Source of the DNA: Vicinamibacteria bacterium
GTDB lineage: Bacteria; Acidobacteriota; Vicinamibacteria; Marinacidobacterales; Marinacidobacteraceae
Assembly (NCBI GenBank): GCA_963555995.3
Contig: OY821641.1
Location: 2,848,001 to 2,912,000, forward strand
DNA: 64,000 nt
Direction of reading: 5' to 3'
Position numbers and translations under genes: made by a program. Below are positions 57,076 through 64,000 of the stretch, piece by piece. Positions within the stretch are counted from its first letter, which is position 1, and every line of letters starts with the position of its first letter. Under the pieces are notes generated by a model that did no database searches, was not told the origin of the DNA, and saw only the letters and a list, made by a program, of their open reading frames with translations.

Positions 57076-58115
57076 TGCGCCTCGGCCTCGAACTCGGCTA
57101 CCTGACGAAGGGATCGCCCGACCCGGTGGCGCTCGCCGAGCGGGCGGAGGCCGCGGGGTTCGACTCGGTCTGGGTGTCCGAGGCGTGGGGCTCCGACGGG
57201 GTCAGCCTGCTCGCCTGGATCGGCGCCCGCACCGAACGGGTCGCGCTCGGCACCGCCATCCTGCCCATCGGTTCTCGGACGCCCGCCCTGCTGGCGCAGA
57301 CGGCGGCCACCCTCGACATGCTGAGCGGAGGGCGGCTGATCCTCGGCCTGGGCGTTTCCGGTCCGCAGGTCATGGAGGGTTGGCACGGGGTCCCGTTCGC
57401 AAGGCCGGTGACCCGGACCCGTGAGACCGTCGAGGTCCTCCGGCAAATCCTGCAGCGGCACGAGAAGCTGGAGTACGCCGGGCAATCCATCCGGCTGCCG
57501 ATGCCGGGCGGCACCGGGCTGGGCAAACCCCTGAAGCTCATGCTCCATCCCCGCCGGTCCGAAATCCCGATCTACGTCGCCGCGATCGGCCCGCAGAACA
57601 CCGCGCTCACCGCGGAGATCGCGGAAGGCTGGCTCCCGTTCCTCTACTCGCCGGACCAGGCCGCCGAGGTCTGGGGTCCCGCGCTCGCCGCGGGCGCCGC
57701 CAAACGTGAACGCGAAGCGCCGCTCGAAATCGCCCCGATGGTGGACTGCGCGCTCGGGGAGGACCTCCCCCGTCTCCGCGACCAGCTCCGTCCCGGCATC
57801 GCGCTCTACGTGGGCGGCATGGGCGCGCGCGAACGCAACTTCTACAACCAACTCGCGCGCCGCTACGGCTACGAAGCCGAGGCGAAGACGATCCAGGACC
57901 TCTACCTCGACGGGCGGAAGGACGACGCGGCGGCGGCCGTCCCCGACGGGCTGGTGGACGAGATCTGCCTCGTCGGTCCCGAGGCGCGGATCGCCGAGCG
58001 CATGGCCGCCTACCGGGAAGCGGGCGTCACGACCCTGATCGTCGCGCCGCCGGTCGATAAGGACGGCCAACCCGTGCCGAACGGGCTAGATGTCCTGCGA
58101 GCCGCCGGCTCCTGA
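57075..58115 (+). CDS. Luciferase-like (LLM) probable F420-dependent oxidoreductase
   Basis: AE..GFDSVWVSEAWGSD, RTPA..A..A.TLD.LSGGR..LGLG.SGPQV.EGWHG. Confidence 0.85.
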   Translation: MRLGLELGYLTKGSPDPVALAERAEAAGFDSVWVSEAWGSDGVSLLAWIGARTERVALGTAILPIGSRTPALLAQTAATLDMLSGGRLILGLGVSGPQVMEGWHGVPFARPVTRTRETVEVLRQILQRHEKLEYAGQSIRLPMPGGTGLGKPLKLMLHPRRSEIPIYVAAIGPQNTALTAEIAEGWLPFLYSPDQAAEVWGPALAAGAAKREREAPLEIAPMVDCALGEDLPRLRDQLRPGIALYVGGMGARERNFYNQLARRYGYEAEAKTIQDLYLDGRKDDAAAAVPDGLVDEICLVGPEARIAERMAAYREAGVTTLIVAPPVDKDGQPVPNGLDVLRAAGS

Positions 58116-58154
58116 AACGGCCCGATGCGCACAAGACCGGCAGAACGCAAGAGT

Positions 58155-59198
58155 TCAGGAGTCCCGACCTGACCGCCGCCATTTGGCCACCAGTGCCTTC
58201 CTCCCCGAAACCAGAATGTCGAACCGACGCATCAGCTCGAGGCCGCGATGCCGCGTGCCAACGATCTCCTCGCCATCGTCGGTCCTTCCGAGGAGCATGA
58301 CCACGACGCCTCCCACTCTCGTCACGCGTACGATCGCTCGAAACGCGGCCTCGTAGAGGGCGCGCAGATCGGCGATCTGCGGATCGAAGTGCCCCCAGGG
58401 CGGATCCGTAACGACCCGGTCCACGAACCCAGCCCGCAGTGTGTCCAGGGTTCGGGCGTCTTCCACACGGGCTACTACCGGCCCGCCCCGCAGGCCCCCT
58501 CTCCGCTCGATCTGTTTCGCGCGCCGCCTGATGGCGCCCGCCTTTGCGGCGTCCTTCTCGAACGCGAAGGCGATGTTGTACGGCCGTCCCACCCGGGCAA
58601 ACACGATCGCACCGGTGCCCGCAAACGGGTCCAGAAAGACATCTCCCGCAGCCGGTTCGGACAGTTCGCACAACAGCTGCGCCAGTTCCGGCCTCAGTTC
58701 GCCTTGAGCGAGCGTTTTCTCGGTCGCCCGTCGTTGCGTCAGCCGGACGCAGAAATAGGCCCGTCCAGTGCGGCGCCGAAGTAGCCAGAACTCGATCCCG
58801 CCGCCCCGCGGGGCGTGCCGCAAGCCGCAATGCTGCTCGATCGTACAGATCAGTTTCTTTCGCGCGTCCGAATCTCCCCGAGTGAGCCGATCCCCATCCG
58901 ACAGCATCACTCGAAAACTCGCCGACCCGCGAATTTCCCGGCGGGCCGCCGCCACCCATGACGGATCCGCGGCCAGACGGCGCAAAAGCACGACCATCTC
59001 GCCGCCTGCGAAACCGCGCAGCACTGAGAAACAGTTGTTCAGGTATCGAAGATCTTGAAGCGCAGCGACCCGGGACGGGGCCGCCAGGCAGAGAAACCCT
59101 TCCTCGACTTCCGACACTGCTACCCCGGGGACATCCCGAAGCACGAGCTCCCGGACGAATTCCTGCATCCCGGCAACGCAGCGAATCAGATACTCCAC
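58155..59198 (-). CDS. SAM-dependent amino-methyltransferase (Trm11/RlmL-like)
   Basis: GELRPELA, LDPFAGTG (SAM motif I), TDPPWG (motif IV). Confidence 0.75.
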   Translation of the reverse strand: MEYLIRCVAGMQEFVRELVLRDVPGVAVSEVEEGFLCLAAPSRVAALQDLRYLNNCFSVLRGFAGGEMVVLLRRLAADPSWVAAARREIRGSASFRVMLSDGDRLTRGDSDARKKLICTIEQHCGLRHAPRGGGIEFWLLRRRTGRAYFCVRLTQRRATEKTLAQGELRPELAQLLCELSEPAAGDVFLDPFAGTGAIVFARVGRPYNIAFAFEKDAAKAGAIRRRAKQIERRGGLRGGPVVARVEDARTLDTLRAGFVDRVVTDPPWGHFDPQIADLRALYEAAFRAIVRVTRVGGVVVMLLGRTDDGEEIVGTRHRGLELMRRFDILVSGRKALVAKWRRSGRDS

Positions 59199-59404
59199 GA
59201 TTTCTCACTCACCTTGACGGTCGCTCGGATCCATGACCCTCGACGCCGCGCCGGCAGATCAGCGCACACAACATAGGTCATTTACCGCCAAAGCCGGGCC
59301 GGGAGACCTCTGGCTCGACCGCGCGTCAGAGCATGCGGCGTAACCGACCGGCGCTGCCGTGCGTCGTGCAGTTCGCCCCGGTTCGCGTGGCGTAGAGTCC
59401 CGAG

Positions 59405-60001
59405 ATGACGCTCCTCGTCCTGTTTCTGGCGTTCTACGGGATGACCGTGGTGCGGGCGCTGCTCGTTCGCCGGAGAACGGGGATCAACCCGGTGAAGTTG
59501 CAGGCGGACGACTCGGTATACGAGGTGACGGGCCGGGTTCTGAAGGCGAGCATCGGGACCTGGCTGCTCATCAGTCTGGTGTACGCCTTCGCGCCGGGCG
59601 TGAAGCCGTGGCTCGGCCCCATCCAGTACCTCGAGACGGAGGCCGTTCATCAGACCGGCACCATCGTCGCCGCGATCGCGATCCTGTGGATCGGCATCGC
59701 GCAGGCCCAGATGTCCGCTTCCTTCCGCATGGGAATCGATGCTTCCGAGAAGACGACCCTCGTCCGTCACGGGTTCTTCTCGTGGTCGCGAAACCCCATC
59801 TACCTCGGTCTCCTGACGGGGGTGGCCGGGTTCTTCCTGGTGGCGCCCAACGCCCTCAGCTTCGGCGCCTTCGTCGCCGCCTGGACCGGGATCAAGATCC
59901 AGGTCCGGCTGGAGGAGGAGTACCTGCTCTCGCACCACGGCGACGCCTACCGGGAGTACCAGGCCACCGTGCGGCGGTGGATCGGAACGCGGCGCGGCTG
60001 A
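59405..60001 (+). CDS. Isoprenylcysteine carboxyl methyltransferase (ICMT/PEMT) family membrane protein
   Basis: Several TM helices; LV..G.F.WSRNPIYLG and EE..L...G..Y..Y...V.RW motifs. Confidence 0.82.
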   Translation: MTLLVLFLAFYGMTVVRALLVRRRTGINPVKLQADDSVYEVTGRVLKASIGTWLLISLVYAFAPGVKPWLGPIQYLETEAVHQTGTIVAAIAILWIGIAQAQMSASFRMGIDASEKTTLVRHGFFSWSRNPIYLGLLTGVAGFFLVAPNALSFGAFVAAWTGIKIQVRLEEEYLLSHHGDAYREYQATVRRWIGTRRG

Positions 60002-60029
60002 CCGGAGGTCGGACAACAGCCGTGACGGC

Positions 60030-60089
60030 GCCGCCGGCTTGGAACGCCGGTCTCCAGACCGGCACGCGCGGTGCTCCGCACCGCGCACG
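60030..60089. repeat. REP-like repeat (family B2), inverted relative to the downstream array
   Basis: ggaacgccggtctccagaccggcacgcgcggtgctccgcaccgcgcacg. Confidence 0.75.
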
Positions 60090-60240
60090 GCGCGGCGCTG
60101 ACCTGCGGAATGACTCTGTCTTGTGGTGCGGGGAACTGTCGCGCACCGGCTTCGCGAATGCGGGGAGCTTGCGTTCCCCGGCCCCGTGAGTGCGGGGAGC
60201 TGCGTTCCGAGTCGGGACGCCATCTGGGCTCGGAGCGTCA

Positions 60241-60643
60241 CGACGTGCGCGGCGCGGAGCGACGCGCGTGCCGGGCTGGAGACCGGCGGTCCAGGCCGGG
60301 GGTGTCATCCGGGCTGGCGGCGTTCCGACGTGCGCGGTGCGGAGTGCTGGCGCGTGCCGGGCTGGAGACCGGCGGTCCAGGCCGGGGGTGTCATCCGGGC
60401 TGGCGGCGTTCCGACGTGCGCGGCGCGGAGCGACGCGCGTGCCGGGCTGGAGACCGGCGGTCCAAGCCGGGGGTGTCGTCTGGGCTCGCGGCGTTGCGAC
60501 GTGCGCGGCGCGGAGCGACGCGCGTGCCGGGCTGGAGACCGGCGGTCCAGGCCGGGGGTGTCGTCTGGGCTGGCGGCGTTGCGACGTGCGCGGCGCGGAG
60601 CGACGCGCGTGCCGGGCTGGAGACCGGCGGTCCAGGCCGGGGG
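60241..60643. repeat. Tandem array of about 4.7 units of 85-86 bp, each containing a REP-like double hairpin (BIME-like)
   Basis: Units start at 60241, 60326, 60412, 60497 and 60582 with cgacgtgcgcgg...gccgggctggagaccggcggtccaggccggggg. Confidence 0.9.
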
Positions 60644-60648
60644 CGCCG

Positions 60649-61734
60649 CTACGGGGTCCAGGCCTGGGCGCGTTCGAGGAACACGGAGGGGTTGGCCAGC
60701 CAGTCCGCGTAGCCGAGGTTCCGTTCGTCGGTGAGGTAGTCGAGCTTGTCGTCGAGGCAGGCGAGCAGAACTTCCTCGCCCTGATCGAGGGCGAATCCGC
60801 CGAGTTCGACCTCCGTGTCGAGGGCGGTCACCACGAAGAAGCCGTCGGAGGACGCTGCCGCGGCGCGGTTCCCGATCTCGTCGCCCGCCAGCGCGTCCAC
60901 TCCCCGGGTGGCCAGCGCCAGGAGTTGCTCGGCCCCAAGCGATTCGGCGCCGAAGAAAACGACCTGCGGATAACCGGGAGACGGCGGCTCCAGGTGGCTG
61001 CGTCCAGCGAGGTTCGCGGACGACCCGCTCGCGGCAATGCGAAAGGCCTCGGTGCCGTCGGCGACGACGACCCCTTCGGGGGTGGTGACGCTGGTCCCCG
61101 CCAGCAGCACGCCGCCGTCATCAATGAGTCCGACGATCCGCAGGAAGCGCGACTCGCCGGTCGTCTCCACCGAGACGCCGACGCGAGCCTCGCTCGTCAG
61201 GTCGCTGTATTCGCGGAGGGTCGCGGCGTCGGCGTCCCGCACGAGGAGCGAGTGGCGGAACTCGATGTGGCCCGACGTGAACGCGACCGCGGGAACGCCG
61301 GACGCATCCCGCGTGCGTTCCTCCAGGATCGTGATGCCGCCTCCCACCAGGCCGAACTCGGCGGTGGCCGGAAGCAGCCAGATCCCCGGCCAGTCGGCGA
61401 TGCCGCGGCGGTTGAAGGCGAGCCCGGCGCCGTCCATCGCTTCGAGCGCGCTCAGGAGATCGGCTTCGTAGCCGCGATGCTCGTCGAAGGCCGGCGAGTC
61501 CGGGTCGGGATCACCGCTGTAGCTGATCGGGTCGTAGAACGCGAAGAAGCCGAACTCGAGGACACGCCCTTCCTCCGCGCAGCGGACGGGGGCCGGGGCG
61601 GTGGGCGCGGGAGCCGGCGCCGGGGCCGTCGGCGACCGTGACGGGGCGTCCGAACCTTCATCGCACCCGGCGGCCGCGACACCGAACGCGAACGCGGCGG
61701 TCAGGAGAGGACGGGGAGCGCCGAACCGCGTCAT
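60649..61734 (-). CDS. Lipoprotein, probable solute-binding protein (family 3-like)
   Basis: Lipobox AAG-C, Pro/Ala linker, GYEADLL and GGITILEER motifs resembling amino-acid binding proteins. Confidence 0.65.
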   Translation of the reverse strand: MTRFGAPRPLLTAAFAFGVAAAGCDEGSDAPSRSPTAPAPAPAPTAPAPVRCAEEGRVLEFGFFAFYDPISYSGDPDPDSPAFDEHRGYEADLLSALEAMDGAGLAFNRRGIADWPGIWLLPATAEFGLVGGGITILEERTRDASGVPAVAFTSGHIEFRHSLLVRDADAATLREYSDLTSEARVGVSVETTGESRFLRIVGLIDDGGVLLAGTSVTTPEGVVVADGTEAFRIAASGSSANLAGRSHLEPPSPGYPQVVFFGAESLGAEQLLALATRGVDALAGDEIGNRAAAASSDGFFVVTALDTEVELGGFALDQGEEVLLACLDDKLDYLTDERNLGYADWLANPSVFLERAQAWTP

Positions 61735-62615
61735 CGGCCGGCGGGCCGCCCCGCCCGGGGAGCCGTGGACTCGGGGAAAGGGCCCAAGGCGCCCTCGAAG
61801 ACCCGGGTGACCGGGCCCTCCATCAGCGGCGCCTCCCCGGCGCAATCAATATGGATCAGGTCGCCGCTCGCCACCCGGACCGGGACGGCCGCCGGCCAAC
61901 CGAAGAAGCGATGCGCCACCGTGACCGCCGCCGTGGCCCCCGTCCCGCACGCGAGACACTCGGCTTCGACGCCGCGCTCGAAGGTGCGCAGCCGGATCTC
62001 TCCCGAACTTTCGTCCAGCGCCATGAAGTTGGCGTTCGCCCCGGCCGGAAAAACCGCATGCCGCCGGATCGCGCCGCCCCGGCGCTCCACGTCCACGACG
62101 CCAACGTCCGGGACGACCTCGATGGCGTGCGGAACGCCGACCTCCAGCGCGAACAGTTCGGCCTCCCCACCCGGGAGATCGGACAGCCGGAGCCGGCGGA
62201 TGGGACCCGGCCTCGCCATGGCCACCCGCACCGTCGCCGCACCGTTCGCATGCCCCAGGATGTCGGCCCGCAGCACCCCAGCCGGGGTGGCGATCCGCTG
62301 CGAAGCCCCGCCCGCCCCGATCTCCCGCGCGAAGACCGCGGCGCAGCGGGTCCCGTTGCCGCAGAGCTCTCCCTCGCTGCCGTCGGCGTTGAAGTACCGC
62401 ATCACGTAGTCGGCCTCCTGCCCCGCGCCCTCCCGCTCGATCAGGATCAGGCCGTCCGCCCCGATCCCGAGCTTGCGGCGGCACGCCCGCCGGGCGAGCG
62501 GAGCCTTCGCCGCCTCCTCGATGAAGCCGTCGCGGTTGTCCGCGACCACGAAGTCGTTCCCCGCGCCGTGCATCTTCACGAAGGAGAGGGAGCGGGCCGC
62601 GGGGCTGTGGTTCAT
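61731..62615 (-). CDS. dapF: Diaminopimelate epimerase
   Basis: F.KMHGAGNDF, GIGADG, NADGS..E.CGNG.RC, RTFERGVE.E.LACGTGA. Confidence 0.95.
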   Translation of the reverse strand: MNHSPAARSLSFVKMHGAGNDFVVADNRDGFIEEAAKAPLARRACRRKLGIGADGLILIEREGAGQEADYVMRYFNADGSEGELCGNGTRCAAVFAREIGAGGASQRIATPAGVLRADILGHANGAATVRVAMARPGPIRRLRLSDLPGGEAELFALEVGVPHAIEVVPDVGVVDVERRGGAIRRHAVFPAGANANFMALDESSGEIRLRTFERGVEAECLACGTGATAAVTVAHRFFGWPAAVPVRVASGDLIHIDCAGEAPLMEGPVTRVFEGALGPFPESTAPRAGRPAGR

Positions 62616-64000
62616 GACGGGCGACAACGGATCGTAGCCACCGCGCCGTCGTCCGCGCGGGGAACCACGGTCCCGATCCGGACCGCCTCCACGTCCGCTT
62701 CGCGGAGCCGACCCAGGAATTCCGCGGCTCGCGCATCGGGCACCCCGGCGAGAAAACCCCCCGCCGTCTGCGGATCGAACAGCAGCTCCAGGCCCGGATG
62801 CCGGGAAGCCTCGGCCTCGATGCGGATCGCCTTCGCGACGTTCCGGTTCGCCTCGTGCGCGGTGCTGCGGAGGCCGGAACCGAGGAGTTCCTCGGCGCCG
62901 GAGAGCGCGGGCAGCGCCGCGACGTCCAGCTCGGCCGACACGGCGCTCGCCCGCAGCATCTCGGCGAGGTGGTTCATGAGGCCGAAGCCGGTCACGTCGG
63001 TCGCCGCGCGGAGGCCCGCCGCGACCGCCGCCCGCGCCGCCTTCGCGTTGGGACACACCATCTGGGCGGCGGCGGCCTCGAGCCACGCCCCGCGTCCCCG
63101 GCCGAGCATGACGCCGCGCAGCACCACCCCGCTGCCGAGCCGCTTGGTCAGGTAGAGCCCGTCGCCGGCTTCGAGGCCGTCCAGGGTCAGGAGGCGATCC
63201 CCGATCGGGTGCCCTTCCACCGAGAAGCCGACGGTCAACTCGGGACCGACGGTGGTGTGGCCGCCCAGCAGGGCAACCCCGCACTCGTCGAGCAGCGAGC
63301 GGGCGCCCGCCAGGAGCTGGTAGAGCGTCTCCGCACCGGCTTCGGGGGTCTCCTCCTCGGGAAGGTTGACCAGCGCCATCGCGTAGCGCGGTTCCGCGCC
63401 CGTGGCGAAGAGGTCCGAGAGGGCATTCGCCGCCGCGACCTTCCCGTTCAGCCAGTGGTCCCCGCTGAACGCCTTGAACCAGTCCACGCTCGAAACCACC
63501 ACGTCGCCGCGCGGGGTCGCGAAGGCGGCGGCGTCGTCCGACTGTTCGAGCCCGAGGCGGACCCTCCCATGGCTCCCGCCGGCGCCGGCGCCGAGTTCGT
63601 CCCGCAGGCGGCCGAGCGCGCGGTCGAGGGTGGTCTGGCCGGCCTTCGCCGCGCAGCCCCCGCACACCATGGCCTCCATCGCCGTCCGGTCCATCCGGGA
63701 GAACTCCTCGGTGGTCCCGCCCCCGTCGTCGAGCACCTGGAACTTCCGCATGAACTTCCGGTCAATCCGGTCCTTGAGGTCCATCACCCAGCGGCCCTCG
63801 AAGGACGTTCCCCACTTCGCCCCGAGCGCCCGGCCGTCGCCGAGGTTCAGCAGGGTGAGGAAATCGGGCTGCGGCCGGTAGCGCCGCAGCGGACGCCCGG
63901 CCACCAGCCGGCGCAGGTTGTCGGCGATGAAGGGCCCCTGCCGCACGGCGTACACCCCGGCCTTCGGGGTCGCCGGCCAGTCCCGGAGGGTCGCGCAGTC
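62612..64000 (-). CDS. selD: Selenophosphate synthetase fused to an N-terminal FAD/NADH oxidoreductase domain (partial, continues past the window edge)
   Basis: PKAGVYAVRQGP and W..KD.IDR.FM oxidoreductase tail; CGGCAAK, DDAA, GGHT, TDVTGFGL, DPQT.GG SelD motifs. Confidence 0.9.
   Translation of the reverse strand, partial: DCATLRDWPATPKAGVYAVRQGPFIADNLRRLVAGRPLRRYRPQPDFLTLLNLGDGRALGAKWGTSFEGRWVMDLKDRIDRKFMRKFQVLDDGGGTTEEFSRMDRTAMEAMVCGGCAAKAGQTTLDRALGRLRDELGAGAGGSHGRVRLGLEQSDDAAAFATPRGDVVVSSVDWFKAFSGDHWLNGKVAAANALSDLFATGAEPRYAMALVNLPEEETPEAGAETLYQLLAGARSLLDECGVALLGGHTTVGPELTVGFSVEGHPIGDRLLTLDGLEAGDGLYLTKRLGSGVVLRGVMLGRGRGAWLEAAAAQMVCPNAKAARAAVAAGLRAATDVTGFGLMNHLAEMLRASAVSAELDVAALPALSGAEELLGSGLRSTAHEANRNVAKAIRIEAEASRHPGLELLFDPQTAGGFLAGVPDARAAEFLGRLREADVEAVRIGTVVPRADDGAVATIRCRPS

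Noticed and set aside
60241-60643. Possible CRISPR array
   Set aside because: Units are near-identical along their whole length with no unique spacers, and there are no cas genes; it is a tandem repeat.

Overview
High-GC bacterial housekeeping region, very probably from an Acidobacteriota genome. The evidence is the Cys-rich RpoB insertion and the L14 'ILPLGG' motif; this is recalled family knowledge, not a database hit. About 2.8-36.9 kb (minus strand) is the ribosomal superoperon: thrU-tyrU-glyT-thrT-tuf-rpmG-trpT-secE-nusG-rplKAJL-rpoBC, then rpsL-rpsG-fusA with no tufA, then the S10, spc and alpha operons. It converges on an EF-G2 paralogue. 37-53 kb (minus strand) holds purH, a TPR protein, a LolB-like lipoprotein, ispE, tRNA-Gln, prs, rplY, pth, rpsF, rpsR, rplI, dnaB, radA, ispDF and rlmB. 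53-64 kb holds selA-thiS-thiG-nth-NDT-LLM, two methyltransferases, a binding protein, dapF and a partial oxidoreductase-selD fusion. The most striking unexplained signal is a family of about 181-bp non-coding inverted-repeat elements. There are 8 full copies plus 1 related element and fragments, some nested or in tandem, mostly at TA/CTAG sites, including inside the ribosomal operons. Their stems co-vary between copies like a structured RNA, they supply two stop codons, and one separates an SD from its start codon. A second, REP/REPIN-like family is also present. Other oddities: the ispE stop codon lies inside tRNA-Gln, a lipoprotein has no canonical start codon, and RpoB, RpoC, L22, EF-Tu and tRNA-Gly carry substitutions at normally conserved positions. 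All calls were made by eye; no searches or folding programs were run.
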